Program-made: the position numbers and the translations under genes
Assembly (NCBI GenBank): GCA_025937755.1
Contig: JAICQR010000002.1
Coordinates: 1-60,581 of the forward strand
From: Gemmatimonadales bacterium
Lineage (GTDB): Bacteria > Gemmatimonadota > Gemmatimonadetes > Gemmatimonadales > GWC2-71-9
Direction: 5' to 3'
Length of the DNA stretch: 60,581 nucleotides
Notes under the pieces: model-generated
Told to the model about the DNA's origin: nothing
The model's input: only the letters and a program-made list of their open reading frames with translations
The model's database searches: none
Shown: in pieces, positions 19,649 to 29,032 of the stretch
How positions within the stretch are numbered: the first letter of the stretch is position 1
How the letters are laid out: each line of letters begins with the position of its first letter

Positions 19649-20959
19649 TCAGCTACACGGTGCGGGCTTGTTGCTGTTCTTCAGGGTGAACCGGTTGGAC
19701 GTGACCGTGGCAGGCGTGTATGCCGTCACATCGGCATCGGCCTCAACCGTGGTGGCAACCAGGTAGTAGCCACCCGCCTTGCTGACGCTGAGGTCCGGGA
19801 AGCGGGCCACGCCCTGCGCGTCGGTGGCGACTTCATTGCCGCATGCGGTGACGCCGGCGCCGTTGTTGGTGACGGCGGTGATGCGCACCAGGATGTCCTC
19901 CCATGGGGTGCCCTCCTTACCGGTCACCTTGACCGACACCGCGCCGCCGGCCGTTCCAGTGAGCGGAAGGCTGGAAATGCCATTGGCGGGCTGGTTCAGA
20001 AAGCTCATCAGGATCTGGGCACCATAGACCACTTCGAAGGGGCTGAACGAGCCCTTGAGCCCGCCGATACCGGACGCCGCTACCGTGTTCGACGCGAACA
20101 GCGGGGCCGGACGCACCAGTTCGAGCAAGGCATGCAACAGCCGGCCGCCAGCCGTGGTGGCGTCCACCGAGTTGAGCGCCAGCCCGGTACAATCGAGGAA
20201 GGATCCCGACCCGATGGGGAGGATCGAACCGCCGTTATCCTTGGCCTCGTGCTGCACCCGGAGCTGCGCTGCGGTGGCACCGTCAATGAGACTCGCATCG
20301 GCGCAGAGTGCCACCACGGCGGGCCCGGCGAACGGGGCCGGTCCGCTCTCGCCGTCGGCAATGGCCCGGACGGTGGACCAGTCAAATGCACTGCCGCCGG
20401 AGATCTCGGTGGCAAATGAGCTCAACGGATAGCCGTAGAACAGCGCCCGGCCGCCCATCCACTCGGCCCAAGGCTTAAGAGCGTGCACACCGCTGGCGCC
20501 GTTTGCCGACAACACGTCGCCCGCGGGATCAGCAGGACCGCCTCGAACCTCGAAGCCGCCGTCGGAGGCCAGCGCGGCCTCAAAGGCCGTCGCCGAGATA
20601 TCCCCCGACGTTTCCACGTTCATGCAGGCAATGAGCTGTACCGCCAGCCCGGCGGCGGCAGGGGCCTGCGCCTCGGTCCAGCCGGCGTCATCGCGCAGCG
20701 CAGCAACGGCCGCGAACAGGTCGAAGCCGACGGCGTTGGCGATGGAGGTGTTGGGATTATCCGAGACGGTGCGGGCCAGCCCGAATTCGGTGCTGCCGTT
20801 GCCGAAGACGGCGCCGACCGCCGTTCGCAGGTCGTTGGCCGAGCACGACGGGCCGGTACCGATCTGGAATGCGGGGGACTGGGGAACGGAGGGACTGGAT
20901 GAATCAGAACATGCTGCCGCGAACGCCACAGCGGCAGCCAGCAGAACGAACCGGCGCAT
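19649..20959 (-). CDS. hypothetical lipoprotein with C-terminal Ig/prealbumin-like domain
   Basis: Lipobox AFAAAC. The C-terminal stretch VSVKVTGKEGTPWEDILVRITAVTNNGAGV...ATDAQGVARFPDL resembles carboxypeptidase-regulatory-like folds. Confidence 0.75.
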   Translation of the reverse strand: MRRFVLLAAAVAFAAACSDSSSPSVPQSPAFQIGTGPSCSANDLRTAVGAVFGNGSTEFGLARTVSDNPNTSIANAVGFDLFAAVAALRDDAGWTEAQAPAAAGLAVQLIACMNVETSGDISATAFEAALASDGGFEVRGGPADPAGDVLSANGASGVHALKPWAEWMGGRALFYGYPLSSFATEISGGSAFDWSTVRAIADGESGPAPFAGPAVVALCADASLIDGATAAQLRVQHEAKDNGGSILPIGSGSFLDCTGLALNSVDATTAGGRLLHALLELVRPAPLFASNTVAASGIGGLKGSFSPFEVVYGAQILMSFLNQPANGISSLPLTGTAGGAVSVKVTGKEGTPWEDILVRITAVTNNGAGVTACGNEVATDAQGVARFPDLSVSKAGGYYLVATTVEADADVTAYTPATVTSNRFTLKNSNKPAPCS

Positions 20960-21044
20960 AAGGGTCTCCAGGGGAACGCCAACAGCAACTTTCAGGGATC
21001 GAACAATTATCTAGCGCCGCGCCAAAATGCACAAGGGGAGGATG

Positions 21045-23579
21045 TTACGACCCTACCAGCGCCTGGAACCGGGGCCCCTCCCGGAGGGGACGGAACCACC
21101 AGGTATTGTCGAGCCGGAGGCTCCTTCGCTGGACCGGATTGGCGACCAGGTAGACGCCCAGGCTCTGGAGTGCCGCGTCGTGGTCGCCCAGGATGGTCTG
21201 GCCCAGCGCCTCGAGGTAGGCCAGTTCCCTGCCGGGGTCGGCGCCGGCATCGGGTGCCCGCGCCCGGGCTATCACCGCGCGGGCACTGTCGGCCTTGCCG
21301 GCGCGGCCCAGGGCGAGCGCCACCAGCATCTGGCCCCGACGGCGGCTGTACTCCTGCTCGTCCGGCGGGTTGAGGGCGACGTACTGATCAAACAGCTCCC
21401 AGGCGCGAGGCACATCGGGTTTGGCGCCCGGCAAGGCGTAGAGGTACAGCTGGCACTCCACGAATCGGGGGTGCTCGGGGAAACGCTGGTGGCCGGTTTC
21501 GCACCAGTGCGTCGCCTGCACCCTGTCCTCGAGGTCCAGCGCGGTGGTGAAGATCCGCCAGAGCGTCACATCGGCATTGGCCAGCCAGGGATCCGACTCA
21601 TAAGCTCGGAGCGCCGCCAGGTTGGCATCGGCGACCGCAGGCTTGTTGATGAGCAGGTGGCTGAGCGAGGTCCACGCCGAAGCTTGCTGAGGATTGGCTG
21701 CCACGCTCGCCCGGAAGTCGGCTTCGGCCGATTCGAGCAGCGCCTGGGCCCGCCCGGCGTCGGGCTCGAGACCACTGAGCCAGCGCCAGTAGGTCAGGGT
21801 GCCACGCAGTTCCAGCGCGTCGGGGTCCTGGGCCCGGCGGCCGAGTGCTTCGTCGGCGAGCCCGACCCCGGTGGTGATCAACTGCTCCAGTTCGACGGGG
21901 TCGTCGGTCATCCGCGCCTGGCGAAAGACCAGCCAGCCCCGCTGGGTCGGTGGATCGGCCCACCTGGAATCCAGCGAACCGGCGTGCGCCATGATCGAAT
22001 CCGCGCGAGCGAATCCCCGGGCCACGGCGGCAGCGTCGCCCGACGCCAGAAGCCGATCGATGTCGCTGGCCTCCTGACGCCCGCGCTGCAGCATCTCCCA
22101 CGCCTCGGCGTTCCTGGTGCTGGCCCGGCTTTCGCGAAGGCCGATCTCTTCGCCGACTCGCGCCCTCAGAAACTCCGCCACCTGGGTGGCGAGCGAGTCC
22201 TGCAGGGCGAAAACCTCACCGCGCGGACGCTCAATCGTTGTGCTGGTGATCATGCGCCCCGTCGCATCCACCATTTCCACCGTCACCCGCAACAGCTCGC
22301 CCGAGCGCGCCACCTTCCCCTGCACCAGCGTACCTACATTGAGTGCGCGCGCCACGCTGTCGGCGCCCACTGTTTCGTCCCGGAATGGCGCTACGCCGCT
22401 GCGGGAGATGACCTGCAGTGGCTCGACTGCGCTCAGCTCGCTGATCAGCGCCTCCGTGAGTCCGTCGGCGAGGAAGCGGAGCGAATCCCCGTCCTGACTG
22501 GTATCGAAGTACATCACGGCGATGTGCCGTGGATCGGGACCAGCCGGGATGCCGAGCGCGGCCTGGCCGCCGCCCCGGAAGACCAGCCATCCAACCACGG
22601 CCAGCACCGCCACGGCGGCGCCGGCAGCAATGGCGATCGTGCGACGCGAACGGCCGGGTTTCGCCTGGGCCGGAATCCCTCGCGAAGCCGTGCGGCGGCG
22701 GGTCGTGCCGGTCCGGAGCGCGGTTCGGCGGGCGCCGGTCCCGAGTTCAACCTGGGCCAGCTCGTCGGCGAAGTCACGAACAGTGGGAAAGCGGTCGGCC
22801 GGAGTCTTCTCCAGCGCCCGCATGATCGCGTCCTCCAGCTCGTCGGGCACAGATTGCCGGACGATCTGGAGGCTGGGAACGGTCTCCATGGAGTGCTTGG
22901 CGATGATGGCCATGGAGTTGGGGCCGGTGAACGGCGGATGGCCCGCCAGCATCTCGTACAGCATGCAGGCCAGGCTGTACTGGTCGCTGCGGCCGTCGAG
23001 ATGGTCCCCGCCCATCGCCTGTTCCGGGCTCATGTAGGTCGGGGTGCCGATCGACATGCCGGTCTGGGTGAGCTTCTGGCCCGATTCGCTGAGCGCCCGC
23101 GCGATGCCGAAGTCGGCCACGATGGCGTGACCACCCTGCAGCAGGATGTTCTCCGGCTTGATGTCGCGGTGGATGATGCCGTGGGTATGGGCGTGCTGGA
23201 TGGCCTCGCCCACTTCAATCGTGATGTTGATCGCGTCGTCGAGGGCGAGCTGCTGCTCCCGGTCGAGCCGGTCGCGGAGGGACTCGCCTTCGATGAACGG
23301 CATCACGAAGAAGAGGGTGCCGTTGGCTTCGCCCGAATCGTAGATCGGGAGAATGTTGGGGTGCTGCAGGTTGCCGGCGAACTTGATCTCGCGCAGGAAT
23401 CGCTCGGAACCGAGCGCCAGGGCCACGTCGGGCCGCATGACCTTGATGGCGACGGCGCGGTCCTGCCGAGGATCGCGGGCAAGGTACACTACCGCCATGC
23501 CGCCGGAGCCGAGCTGGCGCTCGATCTCGTAGCGGCCGGCCAGCGCGGCACGGAGTGTCTCCAGCGACGCGTCGTCCAC
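21045..23579 (-). CDS. Ser/Thr protein kinase with TM, periplasmic module and TPR-like domain
   Basis: GTG start. GSGGMAVVYLA, HRDIKPENIL, DFGIA, SPEQ; TM IAIAAGAAVAVLAVVGWLVF; module IAVMYFDTSQDGD; helical-repeat C-terminus. Confidence 0.9.
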   Translation of the reverse strand: MDDASLETLRAALAGRYEIERQLGSGGMAVVYLARDPRQDRAVAIKVMRPDVALALGSERFLREIKFAGNLQHPNILPIYDSGEANGTLFFVMPFIEGESLRDRLDREQQLALDDAINITIEVGEAIQHAHTHGIIHRDIKPENILLQGGHAIVADFGIARALSESGQKLTQTGMSIGTPTYMSPEQAMGGDHLDGRSDQYSLACMLYEMLAGHPPFTGPNSMAIIAKHSMETVPSLQIVRQSVPDELEDAIMRALEKTPADRFPTVRDFADELAQVELGTGARRTALRTGTTRRRTASRGIPAQAKPGRSRRTIAIAAGAAVAVLAVVGWLVFRGGGQAALGIPAGPDPRHIAVMYFDTSQDGDSLRFLADGLTEALISELSAVEPLQVISRSGVAPFRDETVGADSVARALNVGTLVQGKVARSGELLRVTVEMVDATGRMITSTTIERPRGEVFALQDSLATQVAEFLRARVGEEIGLRESRASTRNAEAWEMLQRGRQEASDIDRLLASGDAAAVARGFARADSIMAHAGSLDSRWADPPTQRGWLVFRQARMTDDPVELEQLITTGVGLADEALGRRAQDPDALELRGTLTYWRWLSGLEPDAGRAQALLESAEADFRASVAANPQQASAWTSLSHLLINKPAVADANLAALRAYESDPWLANADVTLWRIFTTALDLEDRVQATHWCETGHQRFPEHPRFVECQLYLYALPGAKPDVPRAWELFDQYVALNPPDEQEYSRRRGQMLVALALGRAGKADSARAVIARARAPDAGADPGRELAYLEALGQTILGDHDAALQSLGVYLVANPVQRRSLRLDNTWWFRPLREGPRFQALVGS

Positions 23580-23649
23580 CGGCTATCCTCGGACTCTGGG
23601 CAAGATGATTGATTATAGACGACGGGCGGCGAGAAGGGAAAGTTGCGGG

Positions 23650-25716
23650 CTAGAGCCTCACCCTTCGCAGCAGCTGGGCGTTGATGGCCACGATGACCGT
23701 ACTGGCCGACATGAGGGCGGCACCGACCGCGGGAGAGAGCACGAAGCCGAGCGGCGCCAGCACCCCCGCCGCGAGCGGGATGGCCACGACGTTGTACCCT
23801 GCCGCCCACCAGAGGTTCTGGACCATCTTGCGGTAGCTGGCGCGCGACAGGGTGATGATGCGGGGCACGTCGCGGGGATCGCTCCGCACCAGGACCACAT
23901 CGCCTGCCTCGACCGCGACGTCGGTCCCGGCCCCGACCGCGATGCCGACATCGGCGGTGACCAGCGCCGGGGCGTCGTTCACCCCGTCGCCCACCATCGC
24001 CACCCGCTTTCCTTCCCGCTGCAGCGCCTCGATCCGGGCCGCCTTGTCCTCCGGCAGAACCTCGGCCATGACCGAATCGATCCCCAGGCCGCGGGCCACC
24101 CCATCGGCCACGGCCTGCGCGTCGCCGGTCATCATGACGACGCTGAGCCCCATCTCGTGGAGCCGGCCGACCGCCTCGGCAGACTCGGGCCGCACCGCGT
24201 CGGCCACGGCCAACGCGGCGAGCACTCGCGGGCCCTCGACCAGGTAAATAACGCCCTGGCCTTGCGCCGCTGCCTTGTCGGCAAAGGCCCCGAACTCCTC
24301 CGGCACTGACCGCCCCAGCTTTCGCAGAAGATTGGGGCCACCCACGGCGAGCGCGCGCCCTTCCACAGTGGCATGTGCGCCGTGGCCCGGGATAGCGGCG
24401 AACTCCGTCGCCTTGGGGATGCCGAGCTTGCGCTCGCGCGCACTGGCAACCACCGCCCGCGCCACCGGATGCTCGGCATCCTGCTCCACGCCTGCCGCCA
24501 GCCGGAGCACCTCGTTCTCATCCTGGCCCCCAACCGCCTTGACCCCGATCACCCGATGCGCGCCCAGGGTGAGCGTACCGGTCTTGTCGAATACCACCGT
24601 GTCAAGCAGGCGCGCCTCCTCGAGGCCTCGGCGATCGCGCACCAGCAGCCCGCCGCGCGCGCCGAGCGTCGTGGAGATGGCGATTACCAGCGGTACCGCG
24701 AGACCGAGCGCGTGAGGACAGGCGATGACCAGGACCGTCACCATGCGTTCAATGGCGTAGGAAGTGTCGGCACCCAGGGACAGCCACACGACGATCGTCA
24801 CCGCGGCGGCCACCAGCGCGACCCAGGTGAGCCACCTGGCGGCGCGGTCGGCCAGCGCCTGCGCCCGTGAGCGAGAACCCTGCGCCTGTTCCACCAGGCG
24901 CATGATGCCGGCCAGCATGGTGCGATCGCCAGTGCCGGTGACGGTGACCCGGAGCGCTCCCTCTCCGTTCACGGTGCCGGCGATGACCGTGTCGCCCTGC
25001 GCCTTGGGAACCATGCGGCTCTCGCCGGTGACCATCGATTCGTTGACGCTGCTCCCGCCGTCGCGAACTTCGCCGTCCGCCGGGACGTTGGCGCCCGGAC
25101 GCACCAGCACCACATCGCCCTCGGCAAGGCGCGATAGCGGAACTTCCTCGGTCCGTTCACCGTGGCCCTCGCCTGTCACCCGAATGGCGGTATTGGGCAG
25201 CAGCTTCGCGAGCTCCTTCACCGCACCCTGGGCCTGCGAGATCGACCGCATCTCGATCCAGTGTCCCAGCAGCATTACCGCGACCAGCGTGGCCAGCTCT
25301 TCCCAGAGCGGCATACCTGGCGCGCCCAGAGTGACCGCGGCGCTGAACACGAAGGCAACACTGATCGCCAGGGAGATCAGTGTCATCATGCCGGGAAGCT
25401 GGGCGCGCAACTCGCGAATCGCACCCTGAATGAAGGGCCATCCGCCGTAGGCAAACACTGCGGTGCCGAACACTGGTGGAATCCAGCGCGATCCCGGAAA
25501 CACCGGAGCGGTGTACCCCAGCAACTGCTGCAGCATGTGGCCCCAGATCAGCGTGGGAATGGCCAGCAGCAGTGTGATCCAGAACTTGGCGCGAAACATT
25601 GCGACGCTGTGGCCGGCGTGCTTGTCGTGGCCAGCGTGCTTGTCGTGGCCGGCGTGGGCGTCATGACCCACCTGATCCGCGTGGTCGTCGACGTGGTGTG
25701 CGTGATGATCGGTCAT
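23650..25716 (-). CDS. copB: heavy-metal (copper) P1B-type ATPase, CopB-like (CPH motif, His-rich N-terminus)
   Basis: His-rich N-terminus HHAHHVDDHADQVGHDAHAGHDKHAGHDKHAGH. TM motif ACPHALGLA, phosphorylation site DKTGTLT, hinge GDGVNDAPAL. Confidence 0.9.
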   Translation of the reverse strand: MTDHHAHHVDDHADQVGHDAHAGHDKHAGHDKHAGHSVAMFRAKFWITLLLAIPTLIWGHMLQQLLGYTAPVFPGSRWIPPVFGTAVFAYGGWPFIQGAIRELRAQLPGMMTLISLAISVAFVFSAAVTLGAPGMPLWEELATLVAVMLLGHWIEMRSISQAQGAVKELAKLLPNTAIRVTGEGHGERTEEVPLSRLAEGDVVLVRPGANVPADGEVRDGGSSVNESMVTGESRMVPKAQGDTVIAGTVNGEGALRVTVTGTGDRTMLAGIMRLVEQAQGSRSRAQALADRAARWLTWVALVAAAVTIVVWLSLGADTSYAIERMVTVLVIACPHALGLAVPLVIAISTTLGARGGLLVRDRRGLEEARLLDTVVFDKTGTLTLGAHRVIGVKAVGGQDENEVLRLAAGVEQDAEHPVARAVVASARERKLGIPKATEFAAIPGHGAHATVEGRALAVGGPNLLRKLGRSVPEEFGAFADKAAAQGQGVIYLVEGPRVLAALAVADAVRPESAEAVGRLHEMGLSVVMMTGDAQAVADGVARGLGIDSVMAEVLPEDKAARIEALQREGKRVAMVGDGVNDAPALVTADVGIAVGAGTDVAVEAGDVVLVRSDPRDVPRIITLSRASYRKMVQNLWWAAGYNVVAIPLAAGVLAPLGFVLSPAVGAALMSASTVIVAINAQLLRRVRL
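25609..25662 (-). repeat. 3 x 18-nt tandem repeat encoding the (H/D)KHAGH metal-binding repeats of CopB
   Basis: GTGGCCGGCGTGCTTGTC / GTGGCCAGCGTGCTTGTC / GTGGCCGGCGTGGGCGTC, read on the + strand. Confidence 0.85.
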
Positions 25717-27035
25717 CGGTGGTCCATATGCATGTCAGCATCCATGACATGGGCGCCGGCCAGCAGGGTTGGCCGGACCCGCAGGAACACCGCGAATCCG
25801 GCGGGCGTCCGGCTGCCATAGGCGCCCTCAAGCGCCGCCGGCACCAGGCTTATGCCGCCTCGGGCGCCCAGCCCGATGGTGGCGCCCGTCCACCAGGCCA
25901 ACTCGCGCACGTAACCGAGCGAGAGGCTCCCGATGTCGTACGGCTGGTCCTCCACACCGGGAATCATCAGGTCCTCCGAACTCTTCCGCACGTACTCGAG
26001 CCGCCCATAGACGGTGTTGGACCGATCCAGCTGGAGATTCGACTCCAGGATCACGCTATGCTGCCACGGTTCGCTGCCAGACCCGTCTCCAGCAACATGC
26101 TTGTTGGCGCCATAGACCATCGCTGACGCCCACTCCCCGCCGTCGCCCAGCGGAGCCGTGTGCAACACCGACGCCCCCACACGCCGCTGGTCGTCATCCG
26201 GATGCCGTGCCTCCGGCTCATTCAGGAATCCGTAACTGGCCGCGAGCGCCCAGTGGGTGGTCGGCGTGGCCGAGAGCCGCACCCCATAGGAATCGAGCGG
26301 ATCGAAGTCGAAGTCGTAGCGATCCTCGTCCGGCTCCCGCCCATTGAAGAGCGTCCCTTCCAGCTTGAGGGTCCGGGAGAAGATCCCTCCGGTCAGCACG
26401 CCGTAGGTGATGTGGGTGGCGTCGGTCCAGTGGTGTGAAAGCGGCGCAAACGGATCATTGAGCGCCGACGGTCGGTGCATGTATGCCACCGGGCCGATGC
26501 CCGGCTCCCCAACGGGTGCGGCGTAGACCACGGCGCCCAGTTGAGAGGATATGGGGCGCTCGTACATCAGGGAGAGCTCCATGAACAGGTCGTGCGGGTG
26601 CTGGCGGTCGTGGAGCGCTTCGCCCTGATACGTCTCGCCGCTCTGGAGCAGGAGCGGGTAGCCCCGCTTCCCCACCGTGAGCGGCTCGGCGCTGGCCATG
26701 CCGTGCAGATGCAGCGTGCCACCGGCGAGCGGGCGCATCGCCATGAGCATCGCCCAGTTGATGCTGCCGAGCTGGTCATCACCGCGAGGGCCGTCCTGGT
26801 AGTCGTACTGCAGGAAGGCGTCGCCATGCACCATCAGCATCCAGCGGCGGGCGGTGAAGTGCCAGGCGCGCATCGCCGACGCATCGGGGAGCCAGGCGGT
26901 GCCCGACCCCATGCGGGTCATCGGGATGTCGAAGGGCCGGTCGGGCATGTCCTGCGCCGCCATAGAAGCGCCAATGGCGCTGATACTCAACAGTGCCAGC
27001 GCCGTCGCGAGTACCTGGAGAATTCGAACTTGCAT
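25713..27035 (-). CDS. secreted His/Met-rich hypothetical protein (possible outer-membrane beta-barrel), translationally coupled to CopB
   Basis: Signal peptide MQVRILQVLATALALLSISAIGASMAAQD. Alternating beta-like segments. His clusters HDRQHPHD and SHHWTDATH; C-terminus HVMDADMHMDHR. Its stop overlaps the CopB start (ATGA, 25713-25716). Confidence 0.7.
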   Translation of the reverse strand: MQVRILQVLATALALLSISAIGASMAAQDMPDRPFDIPMTRMGSGTAWLPDASAMRAWHFTARRWMLMVHGDAFLQYDYQDGPRGDDQLGSINWAMLMAMRPLAGGTLHLHGMASAEPLTVGKRGYPLLLQSGETYQGEALHDRQHPHDLFMELSLMYERPISSQLGAVVYAAPVGEPGIGPVAYMHRPSALNDPFAPLSHHWTDATHITYGVLTGGIFSRTLKLEGTLFNGREPDEDRYDFDFDPLDSYGVRLSATPTTHWALAASYGFLNEPEARHPDDDQRRVGASVLHTAPLGDGGEWASAMVYGANKHVAGDGSGSEPWQHSVILESNLQLDRSNTVYGRLEYVRKSSEDLMIPGVEDQPYDIGSLSLGYVRELAWWTGATIGLGARGGISLVPAALEGAYGSRTPAGFAVFLRVRPTLLAGAHVMDADMHMDHR

Positions 27036-27053
27036 TCTGGAAAGCTAACGACG

Positions 27054-28172
27054 CTACGAGCCGAACTCTCCCACCAACCGGACCGCCACCGCGTGCTCGT
27101 GCTTCAGCAGCCGTTCCTTGCGCTCGCGGCCCCAGCGGTAGCCGCGCACGTCGCCGTCACGACCGACAACTCGATGACACGGAATCACCAGTGCCACGGG
27201 ATTGCGGGCGCAGGCCGATGCCACCGCTCGCACCGCCCTGGGGGCGCCGACGGCCTGGGCCACCTCGGTGTAGCTGCGGGTCTCGCCGTACGGGATGCGG
27301 CGTAGTTCATTCCACACCTGCTCCTGCAACGCGGTGCCACGCACATCCAGCGGAACATTGGGCCCCGGCAACACTCCCTCGAGATAGCCCACCACCGAGG
27401 CCAGCCACGCGTGCAGATCCGCGTCGCCCTCGCCCCTGCTCTCCTTCTCGTCGCGTTCGGCATTGGGAAATTCCTGCTCCAGCGCGCGCGCGAGCGTCTT
27501 CGCATCGTCTCCCAGCATCACCGAGCAGACACCCTTGTCGGTCGCGGCCACCTGCACCCAGCCAAAGGGGGTCGCTGCCGACGCGAATCGGATGCGTACT
27601 CCCCTGCCACCCCGGCGGTAGGCCGCGGGGGTCATCCCCAGCCCTCGCGCCGCCGATTCATACACTCGGCTGCTGGCGCCATAGCCGGCGTCGTAGGATG
27701 CCCGACTCACCGTGGCACCTGAGCGCAGGCTGCGCTTGAGCCGGTCCGCCCGAAGTGCCGCGGCATATTGCTTCGGCGACACACCGGTGTGCTGGCGGAA
27801 CAACCGCTGAAGATGGTCCGGGCTCATCCCCGCCTCGCGGGCCAACTCGGCCAGCGAGATGGACTGACCCGGATCGGCATCGAGCCTGGCCCGCGCCGCG
27901 GTCACGGCGCGCTCGGCCCTGGTTGCATTTGCCTTCGGCTCGCATCGCAGGCAAGCGCGGTACCCCGCAACCTCGGCAGCGGCGGGATCACGGAAGAACT
28001 CGACGTTGGCGCGGTTGGGACGGCGCGACGGACAGCTGGGCCGGCAATACACGCCGGTGGTGCGCACTGCAAAGACAAACTGTCCGTCGTGCCCCGCGTC
28101 CCGCCGCTGGACGGCCGACCACCTTGCCGTATCGCCTGCCTGCATCGTGGTTTCACTCATGGTGTTGCTCAT
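27054..28172 (-). CDS. ada: bifunctional Ada-like regulator / O6-methylguanine-DNA methyltransferase
   Basis: ORF 27054..28577 trimmed to M136 (MSNTMSETT). Ada Zn-Cys4 region CRPSCPSRRP...CLRC, AraC HTH, and C-terminal MGMT active site IPCHRVV. Confidence 0.85.
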   Translation of the reverse strand: MSNTMSETTMQAGDTARWSAVQRRDAGHDGQFVFAVRTTGVYCRPSCPSRRPNRANVEFFRDPAAAEVAGYRACLRCEPKANATRAERAVTAARARLDADPGQSISLAELAREAGMSPDHLQRLFRQHTGVSPKQYAAALRADRLKRSLRSGATVSRASYDAGYGASSRVYESAARGLGMTPAAYRRGGRGVRIRFASAATPFGWVQVAATDKGVCSVMLGDDAKTLARALEQEFPNAERDEKESRGEGDADLHAWLASVVGYLEGVLPGPNVPLDVRGTALQEQVWNELRRIPYGETRSYTEVAQAVGAPRAVRAVASACARNPVALVIPCHRVVGRDGDVRGYRWGRERKERLLKHEHAVAVRLVGEFGS

Positions 28173-28846
28173 GCCGTACGCTCCAGCCTTGCCGGTGCCA
28201 GCGCGGGCACCGGCCGATACGCCGACTCCGGGATCCGGGCCAGGGTGGAAGAATGCACCCGACTGCCCAACCCGTAGAAGTGCTGAAAACTCATGATCAG
28301 CGGACGCCACCTGTCGGGGTCGATCCGGTCCTCGTGGCCCGCCAATCTGACATCCTCTGCCACATGCACCCGCACCACCCGCACTTCGATGGCCACTGCC
28401 CTGCCCCGGCGCAGCTGGTCGCCAACAGCCAGCGGATGCACCGACTCGAGGACTGCCTCGAGGTGGATCGGGCACTCGGCCACGCGCGGCGGCACGACGA
28501 TGTCGCTCGGGAGAGGCGTGAGCCCGGCGACAGTGAACTTGTCGTGCTCGTGGCGGTAGCCATTGGCCGCCTTCCATTCCGGAACCGGGTTGGAGCCCGT
28601 GGTCCGGGCCAGCCGGTTGACCGCTTCAACCTGGTCCACCGACGGAAGGCTGAGCACACATTCCCCGGTGCGCTGGATATTGGCGGGCGTATGCGACCGT
28701 GCGCCGAATCCCAGCATGGCACTGCGTCCCAGCCACCACGCGCTGGACATCGGCGCGAGATTGGGCGACCCGTCGGGATTGGTGGAGCTGACCAGAACCA
28801 CCGGAGTGCCGAAGTACAGGATCGCGGGGTCAATCACCTGGTGCAT
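28169..28846 (-). CDS. flavin reductase-like FMN-binding domain protein
   Basis: FGTPVVLVSSTNPDGSPNLAPMSSAW is typical of the flavin reductase (split-barrel) family. Its stop overlaps the Ada start (ATGA). Confidence 0.8.
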   Translation of the reverse strand: MHQVIDPAILYFGTPVVLVSSTNPDGSPNLAPMSSAWWLGRSAMLGFGARSHTPANIQRTGECVLSLPSVDQVEAVNRLARTTGSNPVPEWKAANGYRHEHDKFTVAGLTPLPSDIVVPPRVAECPIHLEAVLESVHPLAVGDQLRRGRAVAIEVRVVRVHVAEDVRLAGHEDRIDPDRWRPLIMSFQHFYGLGSRVHSSTLARIPESAYRPVPALAPARLERTA

Positions 28847-28924
28847 TGAAGGTATCCTCCCTTTCGTTGGCCCAATCTGACAAGCAGCTGCAAGGGGGAA
28901 TACCCGGAATCCGAGGTCAAACTC

Positions 28925-29032
28925 GGGCGGTAGGGCGGCAGGGCGGTAGGTATGTGAAACGAGGATCCAGGCGTGTTGCCAGGATCCCCGTTCCGCTCAC
29001 TTACCGCCTTACCGCGCTACCGCCATACCGCT
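28925..29032 (+). repeat. octamer-periodic inverted-repeat element A
   Basis: Left arm GGGCGGTA GGGCGGCA GGGCGGTA (28925-28948, plus GGTA). Inner hairpin GGATCCAGGC-GTGTT-GCCAGGATCC (28963-28987). Right arm TTACCGCC TTACCGCG CTACCGCC ATACCGCT (29001-29032), ending at the stop codon 29032-29034 of the upstream minus-strand gene. Confidence 0.85.

Noticed and set aside
21027-23612. 861-aa + strand ORF covering the whole second kinase locus
   Set aside because: It is exactly antisense to a gene with unmistakable kinase motifs. It is Arg/Gly/Pro-rich and low-complexity, the typical shadow ORF of high-GC DNA.
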